DNA from: a virus
Taxonomy: Duplodnaviria > Caudoviricetes
Length of the DNA: 34,160 nucleotides
IMG/VR virus record: IMGVR_UViG_3300025838_000088
Span: 1-34,160 of that record
Strand: one strand, 5' to 3'
The translations under genes and the position numbers were made by a program. Positions 18,267 through 27,626 of the stretch are shown piece after piece. Positions within the stretch are counted from its first letter, which is position 1, and each line of letters starts with the position of its first letter. The notes under the pieces are model-generated. The model was not told the DNA's origin and did not search any database. It saw only the letters and a list, made by a program, of their open reading frames with translations.

Positions 18267-19466
18267 TTAATCTCCGGATGTTTCACCGGAACCTTTTATT
18301 GAACTTAATGGATCTGATTGTGAACTGAACTTGATTGAATGTCTAGCAAAAGTCTTACCATTATGTTTAAAATGAATAGAACCACCACTATGATGCACTT
18401 CAATTTCATGTGGATTATTCAAAATATGTTCATGGTGTTGACTTGGATCAATTGAGTGGTGTTTAAATTCGCCACCAGATGTATATGAAGTATGTCTAAT
18501 ATGGCCGTGGCCATGATTTTGCATTGGTGTTGCATGAGCGTGCATCACGTTTCTGATGTGGTTAACTAACTCATGTTTTGGTGCAGTAGACAAATGATGA
18601 TGCAAATCTGATGCAACTTTATGTAATGTTTCTGTATTTTTCTTTTTGACAAAATCTTTCATTTTAGGATCATCACGCAACATTTGTTTTCTTTGTGCTG
18701 CATTAGTAGCATGTGTTCCTAATTTTGGATACTTTTTAAGAATATCTCTTCTGTGTTCATCATGTGTTGATTGAGCATGTGGTCCTGCAGATTTAATACC
18801 TAAATTTGATGTTGGTACATGTTTTGAGGACGAATCTGTAACTTTTAAACTAACACCATGATGTTTAGTTTGTTTACCTTTTTTAGTTGTTGCAACAATA
18901 TCAGAAGGATCTTCTTTTTGAGATGCTTTAATACCAGTAGAACGTAAGAGGTCATTTGGTTGAGAGGTCCAATGTACATCATGGATTTTGTGACCATTTG
19001 TTTCAATTTTTTTCTTAATGTCACCTGCTGCAGATTTTGCTCTGTTATTTATTTTTTTATAATCATTTGGATGAATAGTTTTCTTCAAACGGTCATGAGC
19101 TTCTCTTGGACTATCTCCATTTTTGTCTGGATGTTTTTCCATATGCTTACCGCCAAGTAAGTGATAACCAGTCAAAATTTCATGTAACTTTCCTTTTGTA
19201 TCAGAAGAAACTTTTCCTTCTTGTGGACCATCAGATTTTTTGACCGCTTCCAGTAAATCCTCTAGTATATCAAAAACATCATCGAAATATGTTTCATCGA
19301 GGTTCATATTCCTCAATTCTACTTCATCCTCATCTCTTAGACGTTTTAATATCTCATCAATTTCAGCATCACTCAACTTCTTCTCATCGAGTTGAAGAGA
19401 TTCCAGTATGCCGGCATTTTTCAACCACCATCTTTTTTGAAATGATAATTCATCTACTGATTTCAT
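18267..19466 (-). CDS. His-rich putative PD-(D/E)XK-fold nuclease with acidic N-terminal region
   Basis: GKLHE helix, PSDIV, GVSLK; the fold is inferred from motif spacing. Confidence 0.55.
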   Translation of the reverse strand: MKSVDELSFQKRWWLKNAGILESLQLDEKKLSDAEIDEILKRLRDEDEVELRNMNLDETYFDDVFDILEDLLEAVKKSDGPQEGKVSSDTKGKLHEILTGYHLLGGKHMEKHPDKNGDSPREAHDRLKKTIHPNDYKKINNRAKSAAGDIKKKIETNGHKIHDVHWTSQPNDLLRSTGIKASQKEDPSDIVATTKKGKQTKHHGVSLKVTDSSSKHVPTSNLGIKSAGPHAQSTHDEHRRDILKKYPKLGTHATNAAQRKQMLRDDPKMKDFVKKKNTETLHKVASDLHHHLSTAPKHELVNHIRNVMHAHATPMQNHGHGHIRHTSYTSGGEFKHHSIDPSQHHEHILNNPHEIEVHHSGGSIHFKHNGKTFARHSIKFSSQSDPLSSIKGSGETSGD

Positions 19467-20686
19467 TTTCTCACCTTTAACAAGTTAGCTTTAGCGAATT
19501 CTGCACGATTGACCAATTTTGTGGGTTCTTCTTTACCGTGCTCTGGTTTGTGGTTAACAACAAAACCTTCTGGTTTAGATTTCTTACCTTCGATATGATG
19601 TTGATAATTACCCTCATGTGTTTCCAAAGATTTAACCAAAGCATTTTTTGCTTGGTGTAAATGATGATGCATTGAAAATAAATGACCATAATCACTTTTG
19701 TGTTTTTCAACATGTGAAATCTGTGAAATTCCTTCATTGCGTTTTTCGGCTTTAGATTTGTCTGTTTTGACTTTGGCTGCACTTTTTTCGTGCTCACGAT
19801 GTAAATGTTCTTTGAATCCTTTTACATTAGGAACTTCATCATGTCTTACTGTATGATTAATATATGTTGATAAATGTCCATGCTCTCCGCTGTGTGCAGG
19901 ATGAACAGCATCATACATTTTACCACCATGAGTGTCATGTAAATCTTTAGCAGCTTTCATATGCTTATTAAACTCATGTTCATTCTGATTACTATGATGA
20001 ACCTTAGAGGTATCATGTTCAGCGCCATGAATATGAACATCTGGATGTTCTTTAAAATTATGTAAATCTGGATGTGGCGTAGCCTTCATATTGTGAATAT
20101 CAGAACCTTCATATTTCTGATGAACTACAACACCAACTTTAGACCTTTTAATTTTTTTAGCTTCATCACCATGAGCTGTATACGTAATTGTGTTTGGAGT
20201 AAAAGATACTTTACTATCAGATGCTTCTACGATATAACCTTCATGTAGATGTTTTGTTTCAGCATGATGCATCAAGTCACCTTGATAAACACCTTCTTTT
20301 GGTGTTACTTTTGGTAGGTGTTTGAGAGCGTGTTTTAATGATTTTACAAGGCCTGGTGCATGGCCATGGTTTTTTTCAATATCTTTTTCCGTATGATTAA
20401 TCTTGGGATTTTTATTGAAAGCTGACTTGGTTGCAACAAAGAATTTACCAGTTTTGGGGTGATGGCCGAAGACGATAGATGGTGAACCATCATATTTCAT
20501 GGTCAAATTACTGTTTTTATGGCCTGCTTTAATGTGTTCATGAGCTTGTTGTAGAGCACCATAAGCATGTTCAAAACCAATATGACCATGCATCAATGGT
20601 CTGTCTTCAGCATGATGTATATGTTTAAGCTGACCAGAACTTTCGGCCTCAGACTCTTCTTTCAAGAAAGATAAAAAACTTTGCAT
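19463..20686 (-). CDS. His-rich ATP-dependent ligase-like covalent nucleotidyltransferase
   Basis: Motif I KYDGS, ATKS, QGDLM, motif IV EGFVV, motif V-like TKLV; N-terminal HIHHAED. Confidence 0.65.
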   Translation of the reverse strand: MQSFLSFLKEESEAESSGQLKHIHHAEDRPLMHGHIGFEHAYGALQQAHEHIKAGHKNSNLTMKYDGSPSIVFGHHPKTGKFFVATKSAFNKNPKINHTEKDIEKNHGHAPGLVKSLKHALKHLPKVTPKEGVYQGDLMHHAETKHLHEGYIVEASDSKVSFTPNTITYTAHGDEAKKIKRSKVGVVVHQKYEGSDIHNMKATPHPDLHNFKEHPDVHIHGAEHDTSKVHHSNQNEHEFNKHMKAAKDLHDTHGGKMYDAVHPAHSGEHGHLSTYINHTVRHDEVPNVKGFKEHLHREHEKSAAKVKTDKSKAEKRNEGISQISHVEKHKSDYGHLFSMHHHLHQAKNALVKSLETHEGNYQHHIEGKKSKPEGFVVNHKPEHGKEEPTKLVNRAEFAKANLLKVRK

Positions 20687-20729
20687 GTAATTTCCTTAGA
20701 CTTGCAATACACTTTGATTGCCATGAAGT

Positions 20730-20737
20730 TATTTATA
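20730..20737 (-). promoter_or_regulatory. T4 late promoter TATAAATA
   Basis: Perfect consensus, intergenic, 44 nt upstream of the first gene of the virion-protein block. Confidence 0.8.
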
Positions 20738-20744
20738 ATACTTT

Positions 20745-21206
20745 TTAGCTCAGGGCTAAAAGTTGTTGAAAGTTTGGGTTCGATATATAGTCACTACAGA
20801 TGGCATAACAATGTTTTGGTAAGTTTTTGAAAGATGGATCAATATTCTCTGGCATAACACAAACACTATGTTCCGTTAAATTCTGACCTGGATATGTCCA
20901 GATATATCCGTGACTGGTTAGAGTAAAACAATCACTTTCATGCCAAAAGTAATTCAACTCGGTTTTGCTCAGTTGGTACAATGCACTCAGGTTTTTGGCA
21001 TGTATCCATAAACCTTTTTTGTGTAGGAATTCCTCACGGATATGATATACCGGTGAATCATGTCCCAACCAAAATTCATTATTTTCACACCAAAGGTCGA
21101 TTTCACAATCAAAACCTTTGGATAATACATCTTCAATATGTGATGGCTTGTTTTCTATAAGGGAGTCAGGACCATAACATAGGCCACGATGAGCAATAAG
21201 TTTCAT
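20745..21206 (-). CDS. GDPD/PLC-like phosphodiesterase
   Basis: IAHRG, EN, CEIDL, LGHD, WIHAKN; start MKLIAH. Confidence 0.8.
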   Translation of the reverse strand: MKLIAHRGLCYGPDSLIENKPSHIEDVLSKGFDCEIDLWCENNEFWLGHDSPVYHIREEFLHKKGLWIHAKNLSALYQLSKTELNYFWHESDCFTLTSHGYIWTYPGQNLTEHSVCVMPENIDPSFKNLPKHCYAICSDYISNPNFQQLLALS

Positions 21207-21901
21207 TTTTGAACTTGTACCCAAATCCAGCTAGCATGACTATCTCCTGGACCTGTTTCTCTAATGTCTGATTTATAATTTTTAAATCCCAAATTACCCA
21301 GTAAATCAGTACTTAAATCAAACTCATTGGTTATTTCAACATCTTGTCCTCCATTTGTTTCTGATGCTAAGAAGTTATTTTCATAATAATTTGCTCCAAT
21401 ACAGAAATTTCTTCCGCCGAATCCCATTTGAAAACAAAAATAACCATTTGGTTTCAAAACCCGTTTTACTTCTTTCATAATATTAAGTCTAACATCATAA
21501 CAACATATATGTTGTAGACATATAACACTAAACACAACATCATAAACACCATCTTCAGTAGGAATACTTTTTCCATCACAAACGTAAAGATTACTATTAT
21601 TGATGTTATTATGTTTTAAATTTTCACGAGCATTTTGGATATTCATATCAGCAATATCCACACCATCAATTCGTGAGAATCTATCATTAAATTTAATTAA
21701 ATTTCTTCCAGGTCCGCAACCATATTCTAATGCCACTAGATTGGTTGTATCAAAGTCTTTAAACAGATATGTATCATAATCAGGCCATTGATTATGTGCA
21801 TCATATGATCCAACCACAGGATCTCTATTATCGAGATTCCAGGATACAGCGGCATTTTCATACTGTGTTTTTTGCATATTAAGATATTGGTCTGCGGTCA
21901 T
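21203..21901 (-). CDS. Class I SAM-dependent methyltransferase
   Basis: LEYGCGPG, GVDI, YDVVFS...LQHI, RVLKPNG. Confidence 0.9.
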   Translation of the reverse strand: MTADQYLNMQKTQYENAAVSWNLDNRDPVVGSYDAHNQWPDYDTYLFKDFDTTNLVALEYGCGPGRNLIKFNDRFSRIDGVDIADMNIQNARENLKHNNINNSNLYVCDGKSIPTEDGVYDVVFSVICLQHICCYDVRLNIMKEVKRVLKPNGYFCFQMGFGGRNFCIGANYYENNFLASETNGGQDVEITNEFDLSTDLLGNLGFKNYKSDIRETGPGDSHASWIWVQVQK

Positions 21902-21914
21902 GCTTGTTTCCTTT

Positions 21915-23291
21915 TTATGGTTTGTAGTTTTCTAAGTAATAATTTAAATCTTCTGGAGTACCAATACCCCACATCTTCTCGATGTTCTTGGTTCTAATCT
22001 TCTTGCCATCCTGTATAGCTTCATTGAATACAGGACAGACATAGAATTCATTATTAACCCGAATATTCTTTTGAATCATTTGTTCCGCATATTTAACATA
22101 GTCGGAACCATGAGACCAATAATATATGCCGACAGTTGCATTATCTGATATAGGATTCTTTTCAGCTACTTCTGAGACAAACCCATCATCACCCAATTTA
22201 GCAAATGACCATTTTGGATGTGTCGATTTGAATGTAATAATACCACCGTCTACAGAATCAGCTGTAAAAGCATATAAACATTCATTTGAGTTCCATTCAA
22301 CAAATTGGTCTGAGTTTGCCATCAGAAGTGGTTCATCATTATCAATCAGATGTTTGGCCAATAACGTAGTGCAAGCTGCACCTTCTGTTAGACCATCTAC
22401 TTGTACAATGTCACATTCTGGAGAAATTAAATTCAATACAGATTTGAGATTATATTTTTCATAGTGTTCTTTTTGGCAAATAAAAATGAAATGTGCCTCA
22501 ACATTAAGGTTGTCTACCACAACTTGTATCATTGGTTTATTATTGACATCAATCAATGGTTTTGGAAAAGTATAACCAGCTGCAGCAAAACGAGAACCTG
22601 CTCCTGCCATTGGAATTAATACATTCATCTTTTTATTTCTCCATGGTACATTTTTCTTCTTATTATCTTTGGCAAAGTCTTTACAATAATCTATAAAATC
22701 CAAATCTAAATCATATGCATCTTTAACTGGATATAAATGAGCGCCAGAATTCATTGCACCTTCACGACCAATATGAGAATCTTCCACAATGATAGTATTC
22801 TTTGGTAATGTTTTAAGTTTAGTCATACATTGCCAATACATTTCAGGAAAAGGTTTTGGATTGAAAACATCTTCGTTGCTGACATAATAATCAACATATC
22901 GAGTAGCATGCATAGAGTCCAATGCAATTTTAACAGTCTCTCTGATACTATTAGATGCGACAGCAATATTCCAACCTAAGTCTTTTAATGTAGACATAAT
23001 CGATACTGCTTTTTTATTATAATATGCAAATGGAATCAACTCAAATGTTTGTTTTTGTTTTTCTTTCCAAATATCATTATAAAAATCAACAGGCAAACCT
23101 TTTTCTTGGCTAAGCATCTGTAACTTTTTGGTTGTGTTTAGTCCATCGTATTTTGATAGATGTTCATCACGACTTATATTGTAATTGTAACTATTAGTTA
23201 CTTTATGAATTGCTCTGTTTAAAGCTTCATAGTGTAAATCACGACTATCAAGTAATACACCATCAAGGTCAAATATAACTAGTTTATTCAT
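21915..23291 (-). CDS. HAD phosphatase fused to sugar-phosphate nucleotidyltransferase
   Basis: FDLDGVL, KPFP, VEDS; then IPMAGAGSRF...PKPLI, NSDQ, VAEK, GTPEDL. Confidence 0.9.
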   Translation of the reverse strand: MNKLVIFDLDGVLLDSRDLHYEALNRAIHKVTNSYNYNISRDEHLSKYDGLNTTKKLQMLSQEKGLPVDFYNDIWKEKQKQTFELIPFAYYNKKAVSIMSTLKDLGWNIAVASNSIRETVKIALDSMHATRYVDYYVSNEDVFNPKPFPEMYWQCMTKLKTLPKNTIIVEDSHIGREGAMNSGAHLYPVKDAYDLDLDFIDYCKDFAKDNKKKNVPWRNKKMNVLIPMAGAGSRFAAAGYTFPKPLIDVNNKPMIQVVVDNLNVEAHFIFICQKEHYEKYNLKSVLNLISPECDIVQVDGLTEGAACTTLLAKHLIDNDEPLLMANSDQFVEWNSNECLYAFTADSVDGGIITFKSTHPKWSFAKLGDDGFVSEVAEKNPISDNATVGIYYWSHGSDYVKYAEQMIQKNIRVNNEFYVCPVFNEAIQDGKKIRTKNIEKMWGIGTPEDLNYYLENYKP

Positions 23292-23992
23292 ACGTCTAAA
23301 AATGTTCCAAATTTTTCAATAACTTCAGGATGAATGTTTAGTGTTTTACTGCCCAATTCTCTTTTGCAAATTGTATAAAAAGAATTGACATCACTCCGTT
23401 CTTCGATATCTGATATGAAGTGTATCTCTTCTTGTTTGATAACTTCAGACAACTTTATATATAGGGCGTGTGTACAATGAGTATTAGGTCTAATTACTCT
23501 ATAGGTTCTGCGTAGTGATTCTTCGACCAAGTTTGTCATTCTATGTGGCCACATATAGAGATTATCAGTCGAATAACTTAGATACTGCCAATGATTTTTC
23601 TCTTTGAAGAGAAAATTGAACTTGTCATAATCTATACCATATGTGGAAAAAGGCTGATGAAAATGTAAGTCTAACCTACAATGGATGATAAAATCCAAAT
23701 CTTTATTTTCCAATAACTTAAACACATTAATCTTTGAGGTAAAAGGTGTAGAACCTTCCATTTGAGAATATATGACTTGTTCTGGTTTGATAAGATCCAT
23801 CATTTCTTTTTTTATTTCTTCCGTTGTATCATAGGTTGAAACAAAGATATGGCATTCGTGGTCTTTTGTGAAAGGTTCTATCACATTTTTATAAATGTTT
23901 GGCCAGCAATGTTTATAGTCCTTTTCTTGGACATTTTCACGACCTTGATACGTATCTCTCAAAAGACCATATAAACAAAAACCAATTTTCAT
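23288..23992 (-). CDS. Putative glycan-modifying protein
   Basis: IGFCLYG..R, IFVSTY, D.IIHCRLD (GT-like RxD); cluster context. Confidence 0.5.
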   Translation of the reverse strand: MKIGFCLYGLLRDTYQGRENVQEKDYKHCWPNIYKNVIEPFTKDHECHIFVSTYDTTEEIKKEMMDLIKPEQVIYSQMEGSTPFTSKINVFKLLENKDLDFIIHCRLDLHFHQPFSTYGIDYDKFNFLFKEKNHWQYLSYSTDNLYMWPHRMTNLVEESLRRTYRVIRPNTHCTHALYIKLSEVIKQEEIHFISDIEERSDVNSFYTICKRELGSKTLNIHPEVIEKFGTFLDV

Positions 23993-23999
23993 TATTTAC

Positions 24000-24671
24000 T
24001 CAATCATATCTAAATTCGCCAGTGGAAGAAATACGGCATTCGTATCCTAAAATATCTTTTTCTATAAGTTTACTCTTGTCAATCAATTCAAAGGTACAAT
24101 GCTCAACATCACGACCAGTTTGTAAGCAATGATTGACTAACGTTTTCATCATCTCTTTAGCTTCAGGTAGTATACTGTAACAGAAAGAAGAAATTCTCGT
24201 GTCTACTAGAAAAACTTCTTTTGACATCCAAGACTGCACACGCTTTTTATAAACAAACTTACCAATTACTTCTGGTTTGTTATAGTATTCAATATCAAAA
24301 TCATCAGTTAATTTTCCTCTGCCAGTTAACTTGAATACTCTTTGTACACCTGATAAGCCCAGCCTTTCTACAAAATCTATGGATAAGAATAAACTATAAC
24401 ACTCGGCTGGACTCTTTTGAGCGTTTAATCCCAATTGAACTACATTAGGATTTCCTGAAGTTAAAATAGTGTAATCGACTTTAGTGGATAGTTCTTTTAA
24501 ATAATCTTCCGGAACAATTTGTGGTGAAGATTCTGCCAAAACAATGATAGAATCTGGAACTTTTTTACGTATAGATTCTATTGTTTGAAAGGTATCATTG
24601 TATCTCTCTTGTATTGGTATAACACTAATATGTGAATTGATTGCAGAAGTAATAATAAACAAGTGACTCAT
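24000..24671 (-). CDS. Putative GT-A-like protein
   Basis: IITSAI, R..DT..TIESIR...P, FKLTGR; cluster context. Confidence 0.5.
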   Translation of the reverse strand: MSHLFIITSAINSHISVIPIQERYNDTFQTIESIRKKVPDSIIVLAESSPQIVPEDYLKELSTKVDYTILTSGNPNVVQLGLNAQKSPAECYSLFLSIDFVERLGLSGVQRVFKLTGRGKLTDDFDIEYYNKPEVIGKFVYKKRVQSWMSKEVFLVDTRISSFCYSILPEAKEMMKTLVNHCLQTGRDVEHCTFELIDKSKLIEKDILGYECRISSTGEFRYD

Positions 24672-25240
24672 TATTTGTACCAGTACCAAACATCACATTC
24701 CGTTGTTAAAATTTCTTTGCCGACACTTGCAGCAAATTCTATAACAGCTTTATTTACTCCAGGAATTGCAGTATAGTCATGACCAGAGAAGATGGAACCA
24801 GTTTTAACTTTGCTATAGTAGTTATGACTATCTATTAAAACCTGTTCGTAGGTATGCAATCCGTCAATGAATAGTAGGTCTAAGGATTCATCTTCAAACT
24901 CATCAACTACATTGTCTGAATAATCTCGAATCATTCTAAACCTATTTCCATATGGTGCTAATTGATTCAAAGTTTTTTCTAGAAACTCTTGTCTATCATC
25001 CAAAAAACGTCCATTCCAATCCATATAATTTTCATATGGGTCAATAGAAGTAATTTTTAATGTTGGATTTGATTTTAGAAACCATTCTGTTGTGTGTCCC
25101 TCAGAACATCCAATTTCTACAACAACAGGATCTTTCATTTTCTTTAGGAATTGACCAAGACCATATCCAGAACACTTTGTAGGTGCCGATGCATAATTGA
25201 AAGATTGTTGTGCTGTGTTAAATGTAATTGTATCACTCAT
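24671..25240 (-). CDS. SAM-dependent methyltransferase (Methyltransf_24-like)
   Basis: VEIGC..G, SIDPY, LDLLFIDGLHTYE, SGHDY. Confidence 0.88.
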   Translation of the reverse strand: MSDTITFNTAQQSFNYASAPTKCSGYGLGQFLKKMKDPVVVEIGCSEGHTTEWFLKSNPTLKITSIDPYENYMDWNGRFLDDRQEFLEKTLNQLAPYGNRFRMIRDYSDNVVDEFEDESLDLLFIDGLHTYEQVLIDSHNYYSKVKTGSIFSGHDYTAIPGVNKAVIEFAASVGKEILTTECDVWYWYK

Positions 25241-26049
25241 TTTTTCTCCATTGTGTTAAAATCTTTAAAAATAATAAAAGGATCCAAACCTAACTGATGG
25301 TCTGGAATCCTATGTTGCTCAAACATTTCTGGTTTCTGATTTGCACATATTAACATTAATGTCTGGTCATCGTCAACCAGTTGATTGGCATATAACATAT
25401 CAAATGCACCGACCATCATACTTTCCATGGAAGACCAAAGATTTTTATTGGCAACAATCTTAGCACCTAGGATATGAACATCATTCAATGCAATAATCTC
25501 ATTTATTGAACGATTAGGCTTCAAATTTTTATAGGCAAACAAGTGAACTTTTTTTGGATCAAAGTCATAAGACCATTCCAAACTTTTAGGTAATGTGTCT
25601 TCTGTTCTACAATAACCAAAATCCAACCAAGCAGCTGTATCATTTGTCACCAAGTTTTTCTTGATGGCCAAATTGACGAAATGTGATTTTAATAAATTAA
25701 CTAAAACGTATTTGCTACTCCAGTATTCAGGATTTTTAATCTGACTTGGATGAATCATCTGTTTAAAAGTGACACTCTCTTGGACGCTAATAATTTTATT
25801 GTTTAGGTTTTGGAACTCTTTGAAAGGATCATATTCAATAATCTTAATATCATCACGGATCTTTTTCAATCTTTCACCAATATCTGGTGTAGTCACCACA
25901 ATTATTTCATTGTTTAGTTTAGTGAGGTGTGTGAATCTTTCAATATAGGTGTCAGTTGAACGTTGTAGATAATGTGGTAAACCTTTTTCAGGAGTCCAAT
26001 CACCACGACCAATGTCATAGAAAGCTGTAACAATTGTAATATTTCCCAT
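25237..26049 (-). CDS. HtrL/YibB (WlaTC)-like glycosyltransferase
   Basis: TIVTAFYDIGRGDW, NPEYW, AAWLDFG, DDDQ. Confidence 0.8.
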   Translation of the reverse strand: MGNITIVTAFYDIGRGDWTPEKGLPHYLQRSTDTYIERFTHLTKLNNEIIVVTTPDIGERLKKIRDDIKIIEYDPFKEFQNLNNKIISVQESVTFKQMIHPSQIKNPEYWSSKYVLVNLLKSHFVNLAIKKNLVTNDTAAWLDFGYCRTEDTLPKSLEWSYDFDPKKVHLFAYKNLKPNRSINEIIALNDVHILGAKIVANKNLWSSMESMMVGAFDMLYANQLVDDDQTLMLICANQKPEMFEQHRIPDHQLGLDPFIIFKDFNTMEKK

Positions 26050-26050
26050 A

Positions 26051-26908
26051 TTAATAATCCGTCCTAAATGTAATAACATCCTCTACACCATACTTTTTCT
26101 TATAAAAATTGGTCAATTCAGGATCTCTGTCATATTGGTGAACTATGAAAAATGGTTCTTTTGATGTTCCATCTTTCATCAATCCATCTTCAAAAAATGG
26201 TACTGGTTGCAAAATAAATGGTGCAAAGTGTTCTTTTTCACCAGGTTTATTTGTTATGTGTAAATTGCAAGACCATGCATCAGATAAACCAACAAACAAA
26301 GTTTCATCTTTATATGGATGCCAATTTAGAAGAACGTTGTATGCAGCCTGGTCTGCAACCCAATCAGGACGATTAGCGGATAGTTGATACAACATACCAC
26401 ACAAATCCTTAATGTAATCAGATGTGCCTGCTAGTGTACCAACATTATAGACTTCTTGGTCTTCTATATCTTGATAGAAATGTTGACCAAAAGCATTGAT
26501 GATGTTTTGTCTATTCCAATGTTCATATTTGATATTAATAGATTCGGATACAGCAATCATCTTTTTATCTTTGATGTTGTTCTCAATCCATTCAGATGGA
26601 TTATTTTGAAAAATAACATCACGAACATCTGTTGTAATCACATAACGATATTTGTCTTTGTTCTCTTTGAGATAATTATAGATGTGAATAAACCTTTCCA
26701 TATGAAAGGCTGATTTGGATTGAGCTGGATACTCAACAACAATAAAACCAGAATCAGTTAATTTCTGATTTGTCTCTTTGCTTGATCCTATTGAGATGAT
26801 TACTTTTTCACCAGTAAAACCACATTCATTAATCGATTGTATCCAAGGTTTAATTGTATTGAATGTATAGTTTCTAAATGCACCAATTATTAAGTCTTTT
26901 TTGTCCAT
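26051..26908 (-). CDS. Putative GT-A glycosyltransferase
   Basis: ERF, TTDVRDVIFQ.NP, NVG..AG, DQAAYN, HQYDR. Confidence 0.7.
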   Translation of the reverse strand: MDKKDLIIGAFRNYTFNTIKPWIQSINECGFTGEKVIISIGSSKETNQKLTDSGFIVVEYPAQSKSAFHMERFIHIYNYLKENKDKYRYVITTDVRDVIFQNNPSEWIENNIKDKKMIAVSESINIKYEHWNRQNIINAFGQHFYQDIEDQEVYNVGTLAGTSDYIKDLCGMLYQLSANRPDWVADQAAYNVLLNWHPYKDETLFVGLSDAWSCNLHITNKPGEKEHFAPFILQPVPFFEDGLMKDGTSKEPFFIVHQYDRDPELTNFYKKKYGVEDVITFRTDY

Positions 26909-27612
26909 GGTAAATTCCCATTATATTGTTTTAACATCACTTCATTTCCCTTTAAGAAGAATTCTGCTTGTACAGAATCTCCTCTACTTGCTACTCTATA
27001 GTTTACACTATAATCACCATTGGTGTCAAATTCCGCAAAATTCTGCATCATAAACGGTGATAATATTCTATCTACTTCTGGTTGTTCTTGTGGATGTCTT
27101 GCTCTACGGTACCAATATGGTGAAAACCCTAATGCAGCCACTTTTGGAATCATAAAACAATTTACATCAATAAATTTATCTTTGATAACTGATTCCCATT
27201 TACCTAAAGATTCACAATCATCATTACATATGTATTTGCCTTCTTGGTCAACAATTTTTCTAAGTGCATATGCCCATTTGTTACTCTTCTCTATTACTTT
27301 AACAAGTGTTTCTATATGATTTGGTTCATACCAATTGTCTTCATCCAAAAAACAAAGAAAATCACCCTTAGCAATATATGTCATTGCACCATAAATTCTA
27401 TGGCCATTGTATTGGTCTTTTCCAGTAGCATAAGGCAAAAAGATTTTATCTGTATTTGGATAATCATCCAAAATAACTTTTGCATTTGATATTCCGTCAA
27501 CGACAACCAAATGTTGTATATTATCGTATGTTTGTTCTTTTACCGAATCGAGTGCTTGTCTAGCACAAGATGCACCTGTTGTAGGTGTGATGATTGTTAT
27601 CAAAGGTTTCAT
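26890..27612 (-). CDS. Glycosyltransferase family 2
   Basis: ITIITPT, SV..QTY, VVVDG, FLDEDNW. Confidence 0.88.
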   Translation of the reverse strand: MKPLITIITPTTGASCARQALDSVKEQTYDNIQHLVVVDGISNAKVILDDYPNTDKIFLPYATGKDQYNGHRIYGAMTYIAKGDFLCFLDEDNWYEPNHIETLVKVIEKSNKWAYALRKIVDQEGKYICNDDCESLGKWESVIKDKFIDVNCFMIPKVAALGFSPYWYRRARHPQEQPEVDRILSPFMMQNFAEFDTNGDYSVNYRVASRGDSVQAEFFLKGNEVMLKQYNGNLPWTKKT

Positions 27613-27626
27613 AATATAGTTCCTAT

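Noticed and set aside
19477-19797. Same-strand alternative-frame ORFs within His/Lys-rich genes (also 15291-15578, 13751-13939)
   Set aside because: I saw no convincing SD or codon shift; biased composition of the main frame explains them.
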